DNA of 64,000 bases, taken from NCBI RefSeq assembly GCF_018977255.1, contig NW_024704742.1, positions 132,992,001-133,056,000 of the forward strand. Reading direction: 5' to 3'. The notes under the pieces were generated by a model that was not told where the DNA came from, did no database searches, and worked only from the letters and a program-made list of their open reading frames with translations. Source of the stretch: Callorhinchus milii (taxonomy: Eukaryota). Within the stretch, counting starts at the first letter, position 1; each line of letters opens with the position of its first letter. The translations under genes were made by a program, and so were the position numbers. Positions 26,006 to 39,910 of the stretch are shown here, one piece after another.

Positions 26006-28247
26006 CCCTTGTGCCCTCCGTTTCACCATCGGTAGCTGTGCTTTCATCCCTCTATCCCTCCGTCTTGTCCCCTCCTCCTCCATCTTCAGGTCGTGCTTGA
26101 AGACCTTCCTATTCTACGGTCTCGTCCCCCTCCCTCCCGGCTCGGCTTTCTGCTCCGCCGCTATCAAGGGCTCTGAGATACTGCACTGCGTAAGGAGCAC
26201 TATATAAATACAAGTTGTCGTCGTTGTTGATGATCACAAGAGAGAGATCAGGTGAAGATGCCCTTTTTATCTGGAACAGGGTGGTTGAGGCTAGGGCAAC
26301 GGGATGCTGTGATGTATGGATAACAGGGCTGGTCTTTAGTGAGGAATGGGATCAAAATTGATCATTAATTTCATGGCTCTTTTGTGCCCCGTTTGCCTAC
26401 AGAATATACAATTACTGCACCTCACAGTAAAATCCTGTGAAGCACTTTGAGTCATCCCTTTCGACGTGAAAGGTGCTGGATGTATCAAATGCAATAATTA
26501 TTATTATAATTGATAATTAATTCTCCAGTGCAAACTGTAAGGCAGAATCTATAGGCTCTTTCTAAAGGGGGATCTATAGTTGATTGAAATCTGAAAGAGT
26601 ACAGGGGGAGTGAGCGCAAGGCACTTAAGGCTGCTAAAGCAGATAGAAGAGTGTTGATCTGTTGAGTAGAATGATCTATTTCTGTCCTAGAGGGTTCTAG
26701 GATTCCACAGGCTGATTCCTTTAATATCTGTGTTAAACTGTAAAGGAAGTTTTGGAGGCAAGGAAGAAAGGAAGAATGATAAATGGATAACTGGTTTGCC
26801 AAGAGCTATTATCCTGGATTAGAAGTAATGCAGACTGCTTGCAAAAATAAGAGTTTAAATACTGCGTCGGAGTGCCTCTTGATATCGGGAGATAGCAAGA
26901 AAAAGTAAGAGAATCTTACGCCCTTTCTGTTACCGACTGGCAGTGAGAATGCGCAGCAAGGAAAGACCGAGTGACCTTTCACGCTTGGGTCATATCCCTG
27001 AGTTGCTGCTACACACCATACAGGCGGCAAACACACCACAAGACTCTCAGATCGTTCCAAGTCTCCTCAATACCTTTATTAAGCCTTCCTTGCCTCTAAC
27101 TACCTCTTAGAACTTAAAAGGCTTGCCTTCCATTATCTTTTTCCACATTTAAACGGTAACAGATGTGTAATAACTGGAATATTGCACTGGTCATGCTACA
27201 TTATTGGGTTTAAGTCACTCGTGAGAGAGAGCTGACAACTTACTCCAGCCCCTGGCGCTCTTGAATTATGTTGCTTTCACACTGATAAAATGAAGGCAGT
27301 AATGTACAGTGACTGGCGCAGTCTCCTTTACTCAGTGTACACGACACTGATCTTTTACCTGGAGCGTGGTCAAGATGTGCCATATGATGTGTGGTTGGGG
27401 GGGTGGGGGCAGAAGGGATCTGGCTGCTGCCGGGAATTCAAGAGTATTTTTATTATCGCTCGGAACAGGCTTCACCCGGACAAGGAATTCCGGTTAGACT
27501 GGGAAACAAGTTGATAATAATAATCTTTGCATTCGATATGGCGCATTCTCGACTCATTGAAATGTCTTAAAGTGTTTCAAAGAATATACTATACTATACA
27601 TATGTATACCAATGAAATGATTATTTTGTAGCAAAACATGGCACCCAATTACCACAGCAGTGTCCCACAAACAGTTGAGGATTGAGTTGTGCTCCGGGTC
27701 TGTCAAGCGCTCTGGGACGCTATCCCACAAGTGGGTGCTGTATAAATTCAACTCATTGTTGTTGAACAAATTATTATTATTATGTGTGTATTTTTTGAAG
27801 GGATTATTACCCCTGGAAAAGCGATTCCCCCAGTCGACTAACAAAGGGCTTCCTACTATTTGCTGGGTAAACAGAGCCATGTAGAGTAAGAAACCTGCCT
27901 TTGGTTTTGATCTTGCCCGGGAATCAAACCCAGGTCCACTCGCTTGCGAGACGAGTGCTCCAACCAAACCGTTAGAGACCTCCACGTCATTTGCAATGGC
28001 TGTTTGTTGGATATCATTGTACGTAAATTGCATCATTCATGTACAATGTACACCGTTACTACACTTTTGCAATAAAATCCTGGGAAGCGGCTTGGGTATG
28101 TGCTCCTGAAGTGAAAGGCGCTTTATCGAATGCAAGGATTGTAATTTTATTGTGCCTGATAACTTTATCCAAGTCATTAGCCAAAATTTCTCTAAGATCA
28201 GAGTACCTCCTGTTTCCAAAGTTTTGAACAAATATTAAATGAATGAA

Positions 28248-28415
28248 CAAAACACAAAATACTGCAGATGCTGGAAATCTGAAAACAAAAACAGAAGCCG
28301 CTGGGAACACTCAGCAGATGAAGGGTTGTGGACCCAAAACGTTGACTCACTTTCCTTTCTCCGTAGATGCTGCCTGACCTGCTGAGTGTTCCCAGCGACT
28401 TCTGTTTTTGTTATG
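28248..28415. mobile_element. Penelope-type shark palindromic repeat with a decayed hammerhead ribozyme core
   Basis: ACTGCAGATGCTGGAAATCTG... motif, 34-bp inverted arms at 28284-28317 and 28379-28412 (33/34), internal ATGAAGGGT-TGTGG-ACCCAAAACGTT. Flanked by the direct repeat AAATGAATGAA. Confidence 0.65.
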
Positions 28416-29984
28416 AAATGAATGAAAGTCATTTCAGTCGAGGGAAACTGATGACACCAAGTTCACTGCCACTGTGTCACACCATCTCCTGTTTAATCCT
28501 GTGAGGAAAGACAGTGTTTCTTTAGCTTAGTGAACACCACTCAGCTTCATGCCCCCCACCCTGCCTGCCCCACTTTAGCCTTTCTGACCCCCACTCTCTG
28601 GAACTCCTTTCTGGAGTCCTTCTGACTCGTTCCCTCCCTCCCTCTCTCCCTCCAAGGTCCACCTCAAGACACATCTCTCTAACTGCATTTTTGGTCATCT
28701 TTCCCTCTCCATCCCCTCGGTTCCCGCCCCTCCCAGATCAAGTGCCCATCCATTATTAAGCGCTCCGAGACTCTACCCTGTGTGAAGGCTGCTCTATAAA
28801 TGCGAGTTGTTGTAATTGTCAAGCACTTTGAAACGTCTTCCCGACACGAAAGGGGATGTATAAATGTAAATGGGACTGTATTGATGATGTATTGACGAAT
28901 CCTATACTTATCATTATTTATTATTATTTTATAACTATCACAAGGAAGCTCACTGTGAATAGCCGCAGATTTCACTCCATTCCTTCCGCAAACAGATCAG
29001 GAGGTGATGGTTCATGCTGTTGACTTTACTGCCTATTATTCTCTTTTAACCTTCTTTGTGTGTGTACGTGTGTGTGTTAAACATTGTGACTGCGTGCTAC
29101 AAAACACGTGTTGCAGTGTGGAATGGATCAGTGTCAATTGGAATGGATGTGATTGTGGCAAAATGCAGAATGCCATCATTTATATAATATAAAATTACAT
29201 TTGTATAGCGCCTTTCACGTCGGGAGGATGTCCCAAGGCGCTGGACAGTCAGGGATTTGGATCCGAGCAGAGGAGTTTATCTGCTCCTCTGGTACAGGTT
29301 AGGATCACTGCAGACTTTTGCAAAACTGCTTCCACAATTGATGGAAACACAGCAACAAACAGAATAGATCCCCTGCACTTTGAAAAGAGTGGGTTGGGGT
29401 AGGAGTTAAACACCATTCTTTAAACAAGGAGGTGTCGCACATCACAGCAACTCTGATGATGATAATAATAATAATAATCCTTGCATTTCATATAGCCCCT
29501 TATCATGTCTTCAAGACGTCTCAAAGCGCTTCACAGACTATACTATAAAGTGAATTGACTGGATATTTTGTGTGTGAAACGCAGCAGCCAATTACGCATA
29601 GCAATTATGTTATCTGCCTTCATCATCGACAACTTGACAAATGCACAGTCATTACACTTCCTTGGCAATTGAAGCACTTTTTTTTGAAGTCGCTGGCATG
29701 ATATCAAATGCAAGGATTATTATTACAAGGAATCTCATTTAAAATCGCCATGTGTTCAGCCTTCAGCTTCAGCTGATAACTGACTCCAACTGGTGCTTGT
29801 GAGTTTCACGTGAACTGAAATTACTTTGGCAAAGAATTATCATTCATTTAAGTTTTGTTCAAACAGTGTAAATTGAAAGCCTCAATCTAAGATCACAGAG
29901 CGTTGGGGTAACAAAGGGAGATTGCATTGCTACCTCTAGCCATTATGATGTTTTAAGTCTCAATAGGGATTGATTTAGGGCATC

Positions 29985-30280
29985 AAATTAAGATCATTAG
30001 CAAACGAGCAAATGGGGAGGTTAGGAGAATTTCTTTCATGTACAGAAGTGGCCAGGGTATGGAATGTCCTGCTGGGAACAGTGGTCGAGGCAGAATCCAA
30101 ATTAGGTTTGAAAAGGGAGCTAAGCTGGATAGGTATCTGAAAAGGAGCAAACTACAGGGGTATGAGCTGAAGGGCAGGGAAATGGGACTGAAAGGATTGC
30201 TCTTTAAAGAGCCAGCCAGCACTGACCTGATAACCCAATGGGCTTCTTCTGGGCTGTACATTTCTTTGGTTCTATTGTAA
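29985..30280 (+). mobile_element. CR1 LINE 3' fragment
   Basis: GGGGAGGTTAGGAGAATTTCTTTCATG...GGGTATGGAATG...AAGCTGGATAGGTATCTG, then a 3'UTR ending TGTACATTTCTTTGGTTCTA. Confidence 0.75.
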
Positions 30281-31669
30281 TAATATCAATAAGAATAAGA
30301 ATCCCACCTTGACTTCCACCTGAAAATAAACATCTCAAAGCTCTTTACAAAATATTATAGATGGACAATGATTGCAACTGTTGTTGAATGGGCAAATACG
30401 CTTTAGGTGCGAATGGGGTGTAGAGCCCATTGTTCACCAATGTGTTTGTGGGAAGGAAGTGACTGCTTCCCTCAAAATGCTTTTTTTAAAAAAAGGACTG
30501 ACTTACGCTCATCAAGTTGCCATTAACGTCATTTCCTGTGCAGCCTGATGACTCAGAAGTCGGCCGGTTTTCAGCGATTGTGAAGCTGACCGATGTCTTG
30601 AGGTGCCTTGGGAAGTCCTCCTGACGTGAAAGGTGCTGTACGAATGTAATTTGTTGTTGTTGTTGAAGTGAGACGGCTTTCTGCGCGTATGACGACTCCA
30701 TCCCTCCACCAAACCCTTCCAACCCCACAGCCCTATTCAAAAAGGGAAGGGAGATTCTCTCTCTCCCGGTGTCCCCCAAAATACAATGAGTTACTCGTTT
30801 CACAGCTGTTTGTGGGACGATGCTATGCTCAAGTGGCTGCTGCGTTTGCCTACGAATACACGGTCACTCCATTTTACAGTAAATCCTGTGAAGCGCTTTG
30901 AGCCACCTTCCGACATAAGGCTCTGTAACGAATGCAAGGATTATTATAATTATCGCAGCATAACAGTTTGCCTTTGCTGCATACGCTATTTAAGCTCAGC
31001 TCCGTGTGAGGTGCGCTGCGACATTGAACCTTAAAAGCTCTGCGCGGCATTGGAGTTTGTCAACACCCCCCACGTCCTCTTTCTTCCCCTCTTCACCCTG
31101 TCGAAATTCCCTCCAGGGAGCAAGACTTGCCAGTCACCTAACAAACTCGGAGCTGCTGAAAGCACAAACTGGTGAATGAGACAGTGGATGGAGCTTGGGG
31201 TCTGCTCTTTGACACCTTGCATAAATTACGCAGGGCCTTGCTATTCCCACCAGCCCGAGGGGTCAACTCGTTGCCCTTGGTACATTTAGTCTCAGCTGCA
31301 ACCTGTTGTCATGTCACCTAATAGATACAGAAAGTAAAAGTGCTTCTATCTCACCAGAAAGGCAACCGCACTGCAGCTGTTGAGGATGTTTTAGAAATGG
31401 GACCTTTTATTGTCTCTTAACGGCTATTCCCTCAACCATTTCGACCTCCTCATTTTCAGTAAGAAGCCTATATTTTCGCACCGGCTTGGCGCGCCGAGGG
31501 GCTTTACAGTAATTGTGTCTAACTGCAGGACTGGTTTTATTTTGCAGGCAAATGTGATAGCCAGTCTATACCAGCAAGGCCCACGAGGAGCCGAACGGAG
31601 GCGAGGCGTGAGGCGAACGGGCAATTTTATATGGTGGGGGGGTGGGATTTGTCAGCCAGGATGCTTCCT

Positions 31670-31995
31670 CTTGGAGTACTCGCCTCGCAAGCGAGAAGAC
31701 CCGGGTTCGATTCCCGGGCATGGCGACGTTTCCTTATTCCACATACCTAGCAGTAAGTAGGAACCTGGTTGTTTGTTGATTGGTGGATCATTTTCCGGGG
31801 GTAATAATCCCTTAAAAAAAAGTTTGGTCATTCAATCAATGAATGTTTGTGGTACACCTCTGTGCGCGGATGGCTGCCGCGTTTCGCCCCAAAAAATATT
31901 CATTCAATTCACTTTAAAGTATATTCTGTGAAGCGCTTTGAGACGTCTGAATGACGTGATAAGGTACTATATCAAATGGAAGGATTATTATTACT
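31670..31995 (+). mobile_element. tRNA-Ala CORE-like SINE
   Basis: CTCGCCTCGCAAGCGAG...GGGTTCGATTCCCGGG head remnant, body and tail. Confidence 0.82.
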
Positions 31996-33719
31996 ATTCT
32001 CTTTTCCAATCGTGCTGTGGGATCTTTTAACATACAAATGACCAGGCAGATGGTGCACTTTGGTTTAAGGTTTCAGCCAAAGGATGGGACCTCTGACCAT
32101 AAGTATTCCCCCACTGCTGTGCTGGAGAATGCAAATCTTTCATCTATAAACCTTTTGAAACCTCCCTATCTCTCCAATCTCCTCCTACCCCTCTCTGCTC
32201 ACCTCCTCCCATCGGCTATTTCGGGCTTGGTAGGGCTTGCCACCCTCAGTGTTTTCCCTGAGTTTACCAATTCTACAAACCTAACCTCTGGAACTCCCTC
32301 CCTTGACCTCTCTGACTTGCCTCCCTCCATCTATCTTCAAGGCTACCTTAAAACCTACCTCTTCCACCATGCCTATAATCATTTCCTTTCTCCCTCCCTT
32401 GCTTGGAGTCCAGCCACCAGTGTAGTGCTCCGAGACATTATTCTACATGAAAGCCACTGTGTAAACGCCAAATTGCTGTTGCCAACCTGGACTGAGAGCT
32501 TAAAAAAAAGGCCCACTGCAGGGCTGAAACCCACAACTGTCTGAAACGGAGGCAAATGTATTAAACCAATTGAGTCAAGCTGATGCTTGTTTCACAATAT
32601 GCCTTGGAAGTGTCAAGATGTTCTCAACCTTGTAACCCCAAGGAAGGCTTACATTTGTCATAACGCCTTAACACATTGTCGGGACATCTCAAAGCGCTTC
32701 ACGGAGTTTTACTGCGAGGTGGAGTGACTGTATTTGTAGGCGAATGCGGTAGCCAAATTGCACACTGCGATGTCCCACAAACAGCCATGAAGTGAGCGAG
32801 TGAGCAATTTTTATCTGGGGAATTATTGGCCAGGACACTGGGAAAAACTCTCCTCTCTTTATGAATAGTGCCAATGGATCTTTAACGTCCACTAACAGAA
32901 AGACGGGACCTCAGTTTAACATGTCGTTCAAAGTTCCGACTGTGAAAGTGACTGGTGCTTTTTGTTGAATGCCATATGGTTATGATTAGGTGTGAAGCAC
33001 TATTAATAATTTCCATTCAAGTAAAAATTCCTGAAAAAATTCCAAGTGAAATTACTAATCTTTCTCACACTGAATAACAATGAGACCGTATATATTAAAT
33101 TCTTTTGAATAAAATTTAAATCTTGGCTCCTCTCTCCAGAAAGCAACTCCCTTTTTCTTGGCCAATTTTCTCTCCTCCTCTGCAGATTGTGCATCGGGTG
33201 GGGGATATTGCTGGAGTTTAACCAGCTAAAACCACAGAGCTTGACACTGCAAACACTCTCTGCCAAGCTTCCCGCTGCTTGTTCAGCTAGGATAAAATAC
33301 TGGCTGCTTGGGCTCTGGCTTGCAAAGTCAACAGGGCTAACAGCAGCTGAGTGGGAGGAATCCTTGCTACCAGTGACCCGTTTGCCCCTCCAAGTCCTGC
33401 TGATGAGCCAGGCTGGCTGGTCCACGTTCAACAGTGCCCTGGAGTATAGCGGATTCATCTGGCTCAGAATGATGAGACCATCACAGAGGGTCGTCAATTG
33501 CTATGTGTATCACGTTGGAGCCCTAAAGAACCTCCCTCTCCTACCTTCCCACCACTCACAGTCCTTTGTACAGTAACTTTCAACCTCTCGTGCCTCTGCC
33601 TCGCGCCCACACTTGCTGCCTTGGGACACTCAAGCGCTCGGGGCCGCAAATCTATATAAATGCAAGTTGTCGTTGCTGTCTTCAAAACCATCCGAACAAA
33701 CTAAGTCTTCGACTGTGCC

Positions 33720-33962
33720 TTTGGTTGCCTCCCTCCATTCACAGTCCCTTCGCCTCACCCCCTCCCTTGGCTCTTTCAACGCATGTCTCAAGACCCTCCT
33801 CTTTGACTGAGTCTTCGACCACCCTCCTACCCCCATCCTCCCTGCCCTCCACCCCTCCTGATCCCAACCCCCAGCTCGTCCAAATCCCTGACTGTCCAGC
33901 GCCTTGGGACATCCTCCCAACGCGAAAGGCGCTGTGCAAATGTAATTTGCTGTTGTTATTGT
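33720..33962 (+). mobile_element. L2 LINE 3' end
   Basis: CTCAAGACCCTCCTCTTTGAC...CAGCGCCTTGGGACATCCTCCCAACGCGAAAGGCGCTG...TGTTGTT tail. Confidence 0.8.
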
Positions 33963-35315
33963 CAGCAACGGATTTTGATATTCAGTGGTTGTCGTTAGTA
34001 CTGGCTGTTGTTGGTAGTTCTCAGTACTTGTTGTCGTGAATTGTTATCGATGGTTGTCGGAGGTTGTCAGTGGTGGTTGTTGTCGATGATTGTCAGCTAT
34101 CATCAGTTGTTGGTAATTGTTGTCCGGAAATACCTTTCCCCACCAGGCCAATAGCAGCAAAGGTCACAGCTATGAGTTTACTTTGCCTGTCACTGAGCCC
34201 CCTGTAAAATCTCCCTCGCACCCAAACCCAGGCCTGAGCAAGAATAACAGACGAACACTCTGCTTTTCATTTTTTTTTTTTTGGTGGGTTTAAAAAAAAA
34301 TCCCCTCCCAAAGCCCCCTCAAAAATTCTCTTTTTCCTGAAATATTTTTTTGGATTAGGTGAACGACTGAAGATAAGATCGCATTATTACTCTTTTTCTA
34401 AAGCAGTCGCCCCTAAATGAAAGCATGCTGCTCTTTTATGTAATTACGTTTGCCCCCCAGATTAAATAATACTCAGTGAAAGTTTGTTAAACGCGGTGCG
34501 TAAATACAGGAAACATATGCAATGTATCCACTTGACTGCTGAAGGCCTTAAAGTATCGCAAAATGCATCACTTTCTTTTTTTTTTGCTGATGTGTTTGAG
34601 TGCCAAAAACCCTTTCCATTTATTTTGTGTGATGCAAAGCAGTCTCTCTTACTGTTATTCATCAACGCAACTTGAAATGCGATGTGGAGCACCATTTGTC
34701 CAAGATCCACATGCCTTCAAACCAAATCTCAATTCAACTCTGCTCCCCTTCCTCCCTCTCCCCCCCCCTCTGTTCCTAAATGCATTCTCTCCTTTTAAAA
34801 TTGCCCTGGCTCACGCCAAGATTTTTTTTTGCTGCTTGCAATTATTTAACCTCCGCTCCACTTTCCTCCTTTCTTGGCCGTTCTTGTCTACTCCTTCTTT
34901 CCGTTCCACGTGTGCGTGTCATCCGACTCCCATTAAAACTGAGGCTCCACGTCTGGGCCTGTTCAGGTGGATGTTAAAGATTCCCATCCCCCCCCGCCCC
35001 CTCTAAAATTCCCAATGACAGTATTCGGAAAGAGTTTCTGTCGGTGTACTGGCTGATGATTCTCCAGATAAATTAGCCATTGGCCTGATGGCAATTTGTA
35101 AATCTTGCTGTACACGACATGGCTCCTGTGTTTCCCATTAAAACAGTAACTATGAGGGGGGCAGCAATTGAGTACATTTTTGACGTTATAAGCTCACAAT
35201 TTTCTATAAAGCACTAAAAAATAAAATTTCTCTCTTCACTGGTTCCCTTTTGAGAGCGCCAATACACAGAATTACAGCAGGCTTTCAGCCGTTATGCTCC
35301 TCGCTCTCTGGAACT

Positions 35316-35755
35316 CAACCTGGCTCCGTGGTAGTGCTCTCCCTCTGAGTCAGTAGGTTGTGGATTCAAGCCCCACATCAGGACTTAGAATAACATAGTT
35401 TAAGATGACACTCCAATGCAGTGCTGAGGGTGTGTGACGTGGTTGGAGGTGTCATCCTTTGGGTGAGGTGTTAAACCGAGGTCCCGTCTGTCTGTTCAAG
35501 TGGATGTTAAAGATTCCACGGCACTATTCGAAAAAANGAGGAAGATTCTCTCTCCTGGTGTCCTGGACAACAATCCCCAAAATAAAATTGTCTTCTCACT
35601 CCATGACTGCTTATAGGATATTGCTGTGTGCAACTGGCTAATGCGTTTCGTCCACAAAATTCACAATCAATCCACTTTACAATGTATTCTGTGAAGAGCT
35701 TTGAAATATCTCAATGTGATAAGACGCGATATCAAATGCAAGGATTATTATTGTT
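35316..35755 (+). mobile_element. Deu-domain SINE, full length
   Basis: Head CCTGGCTCCGTGGTAGTGCTCTCCCTCTGAGTCAG..TTCAAGCCCCAC, Deu segment GTTAAACCGAGGTCCCGTCTGTCTGTTCAAGTGGATGTTAAAGATTCCACGGCAC, and tail. Confidence 0.85.
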
Positions 35756-37569
35756 TTGATATAACTCCATCCCGGTGGCCCTCTGACTCACTCCCCTGTC
35801 TTGCTCCCCATTTTCAGAACCTGTCTTACGACTGTTCTCTTTGACTAAGTCTTCAGTCATCTTCTCCTCCCTCCCCACTTCAGCTCCTTTGCAACTCCCC
35901 CCCCCGCCCCACCGCTTTCCCCTGGCAGTGCTTTGCGATGTTTGGAGCAAGAAGAGATTGAGGGATATGTTGAGAAAACTTGGTAGCTGCGGTTACTGAC
36001 TCACTGACCAGAGGAATTAATTTATTAACATTAGGATCTTATTGTGGTAGTGTTTTCTGTGTGAGCCATGCGTTAGCCAGTGAGCTGGGTGGGAGCGGGG
36101 CTGGGATTGTGTGTGTTACTAATCAGTGACCCATAATGCAGACATACTTCAGATCAAATGGTGTTTAATGGCTGATATTTCTTACCAAGATTCCTGAATG
36201 AAGGAATCCTCTTTTGGAAATTCCGTCAGTCGGCATTAATTCCGCTCTAGAAGCAAATCACTTTGCAGTCTAATCCTTGCTGAAATCCCATCTGCCTGTT
36301 CAGGTAGACATTAAAGATCACGTTGGCACTATTAGAAAGGAGAAGGGAGTTTCGGTCTCCTGGCCGACAATCCCCTAAATAAAATTGGTCTCTCACTCTG
36401 TGGCTGTTTGTGGAACATTGCTGTGCACAAATTGTCAGCCGTGTTTGCTTACAAAATATACAGTCACTAAATCCTGTGAAGTGCTCTGAGATGTTTCAAC
36501 AAGATGATAAGATGTTACATCAAATGCAAAGATCATTATTATACTCCTTGGAAGATGTCCCAACTCACTATACCTTTGTATAGCGCCTTGGGATGTTCTC
36601 CCGACGTGAAAGGCGCTGTACAAATGTTGTTGTTGTTATTATGTTTTACTGTATATACATGTTGGGGTGGGGGGGTCGACTGGTAGCTGAAAAGGGTTGG
36701 GTGGAGGGGAAGATGACCAAAATTGCAGTCAAAGAGAAATGAGATGGGTCTTGAAAAAGAAGGAGGGGGCAAGTCGGAAGGACTTTGGGATGGAGTTCCA
36801 GAGAGCAGGGGTATCAGAGAAATGGGGGGAGAGCAATATTGAATACCCAACATTGAGTTATTGTGGAAGCTCAATATTGAAATATCATGGGGGAAGCGGT
36901 TCCTGATTTTGACATTGAAGTACTGTACTTATTTCTTATCTGGATTTTACATCCAGCCCATTAAATTTCACTTGGGTTGGCTCCCAACATCCAATGGACT
37001 AAATTGGTCTCATAGCCATCTGCCAAGGTTTTTATTTCCGGTATTGTGACAGTGTAGCTGGAAGTGATTTACACCTCCGCTCCCTACCCCCAAGCCAGTG
37101 TCTGGACAAACCTTTTATTCTCCTCCTTTGGCGGGTGTGGAGGGAGGGGAGGGGAGGTAAATAGCGTCTCCTTGGAGCTGGACTGGCTCCAAGGTGACAT
37201 GCTTGCAACAGAATGCTGGAATCAAGCCCGACCTCTATGGCGGTCTCGGAAGTCCGGTTCCTGGGCCAGTTGGGTCCAAAGTACTCCAGAGCACTGCTGA
37301 TCAGAGCACTACCAGCCCGGCTTATCGGAGAGAGGCAGATAAGTTACTGTTGGCAGTATTCTTCCCACTTAGCTCCTGTTAACCATGCAAGACAGAACGC
37401 TAATAGGCAGAGTGGTCCTATCTGGACAATTTTGTTTTAAATCCTCCTTCAACACCCTGATAAAATTGTTTATTCACTTCATGGCTATTTATGAATCACT
37501 GATATACACAAATTGGCTGCCAGATTCACCTACAAAATACAGTCACTAGTTCACAGTACACTTTACTAC

Positions 37570-38250
37570 TTAAAGGTAGGAAGGCAGGTGCACAAAAGCG
37601 TCAAAAAAGCTAATGATATCTTAGGTTTTATAAATAGGGGTACAGAATATAAAAGCAAAGAGCTAATACTAAGCTTATATAAATCATTAATTAGACTGCA
37701 GTTAGAATATTTTGTCCAGTATTGGTCACCCACTTTAAAGAAATACCTCAACGTGATAGAGGGCATGCAGAGAGATTTATTAGGATGATACTGGGGATGA
37801 GTGCTTTGGCCTATGAGCAGAGACTGGAGAAACTGGGACTATTTTTTGCTGGAACAAGGATGGTTTTGGTTGACCTCATAAAGGTCTTTAAAATTCTGAG
37901 GGATTTTGAAAGAGTCAACAGGGAGAAATTATTTCCTCTGGTTGGTGAGTCAGTCACCAGAGGGCATCAATTTAAGATAGTTAGTAAACAAACAAATGGA
38001 AAATGATTAGGAGAATTCTTTTCACACAAAGAGTAGCTAGGATATGGAAAGCCCTGCTGGGAATGATGAGGTTGAGGCAAAATTAATGTTGGCCTTCAAA
38101 AGGGAACTAGATAAATGCCTTAAAAAGAGTCACCTACAGAGGTGTGGGGAAAGGGCTGATAAGTGGGACTGAAAAGATTGCTCACGATGGAGCTGATATA
38201 GACACCATGGGCCGAATGGACTTTTACTGCAACGTGCATTTCTACGGTTT
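37570..38250 (+). mobile_element. CR1 LINE 3' fragment
   Basis: ORFs encode KANDILGFINRGTEYKSKELILSLYKSLIRLQLEYFVQYWSP and EQRLEKLGLF..DLIKVFKIL..TRGHQFK, with frameshifts. Confidence 0.9.
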
Positions 38251-39792
38251 TATGGTGGTAATGCAATTTCAGATGATAATTATATGGCTGATTGTGGGAC
38301 ATCGCTCTGTCCTAACGTATGCCATTTGACTGCCACGTCTTTCCATTTGCGGAGGGAGAGAGTGAGAGAGGAGAGGGCTTGGGAGGGGAGAAGGGTGGGT
38401 GGGGGAAGAAGGAGAAGGGGGAGGAGGAGAAGAGCGTTGGGGATATCATTGAGTAAATGCCGAGTTTCAGATTCCACACATTAATGTCTTTTGCTGAATT
38501 GATTGAACAAAGGGAGGGGAAAATATATGAAAACTTCCCACTACCTTCACAATTGATTTCAGCTGCTAATCTTGGCAGCTCGCCTACATTCACACTGGCT
38601 CTACTCACACAATGCTTACAAGAATGGAAGCATTGATCTTGCAGGAGAAACCTATAGAATTGGTCATTTGTGACTTCACAGGACACTGGATATGAATTGG
38701 GGGTGATGGTGGGGGGGAAAGAAAAACAAGTATTGAAGCAAAAAAAAACCCCAGCCCTTAAATTGCCTCTTTGCTAGTTAAGTAACGATTATATATTATA
38801 TATATATATAAAAAGGAAAAAAAGAAAGACGGCTACTCATTGAATTCTTACAAAAAAGCAGGCGGCAAGAGATCTCAATAAATGCTGAACGTATGACACA
38901 TTCTCAATGATCTGCTCTATTCATCTCAAAAATTATAATTATATGGTATGCTGATCCGTTGACCTCGCTGTGACAGAAGGGGGATTAGACGGTCAATCTC
39001 CAGAATGGCTATGATAGATTTCCAACCTTTCCTGTCAAAACCAAAACGTTCTCCAAATCTCACTTCCTACTGGATTACTGAAGTTTTATAGCAGGTTTAT
39101 TTGCCTCCCCTGCCCCCCACTGCACCACCCCCCCCCACCCCGCTCATCCAATTAATCAATTGGCTGCCATGTTTCGCGCACAAAGTACACAGTCACTCCA
39201 TTTTGGAGTGTATTCCGTGAAGCGCTTTGAGATATCTCAATGACACAATAAGGCGCAATATCAAATGCAAGGATTATTATTATCTATTGCCCTCCCACTT
39301 CTCATCCTGTAAACAAGAGTCCTGTCTGACTTCAGATGCTCACTAAAGATCCGTTGGAAGAGAAGAGAAAGGAGTTTCTCCCAGTGTCCTGGCCAGCAAT
39401 CCCCCAGATGATATCGCTCATTCACTTCATGGCTGTTTGTGGGAGATTGCTGTGTGCAAATTGCCTGCCTTGTTTACCCACAAAATACTCAGTCATTAAC
39501 TACACTTCACAGTGAATCACTTCACCCCTTTTTATGTATCTTAAACTCCCACCTGGAGACCAATCTCTTCAATTGCACTTATAGCATCCAACCCCTTTGC
39601 TGTGCAGCACTCTGAGACATAAACAACAATAACTTGCATTTATATAGCGCCCCTCACACAGGGTAAGCGTCCCAGAGTGCTTGACAGTGGCGGAGAACGA
39701 CACTGAGCCGGGAGGATGGGGGGAGATGACCGAAGACACGGTCGAAGAGGAGACATTATCCTGTGTGTGTGTGTGGTGGGGGGGGGTTTATG

Positions 39793-39910
39793 CAGGGTGA
39801 CCAAAAAATCGTGATATCTACTCTTATTTAAAAAAACGCAAAATATCATAATTTCTCTAAGACTACTTATTAGATATTCTAATGGTATCGTGACTTTTCG
39901 GTCACCCTTG
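39793..39910. mobile_element. Tc1/mariner-type MITE
   Basis: Imperfect ~24-bp TIRs CAGGGTGACCAAAAAATCGTGATA and TATCGTGACTTTTCGGTCACCCTTG around an AT-rich interior. TA on the right flank, TG on the left. Confidence 0.6.

Noticed and set aside
33985..34125. GTTGTC-rich degenerate tandem repeat
   Set aside because: Low-complexity sequence next to an L2 (TTG)n tail, with no further structure.
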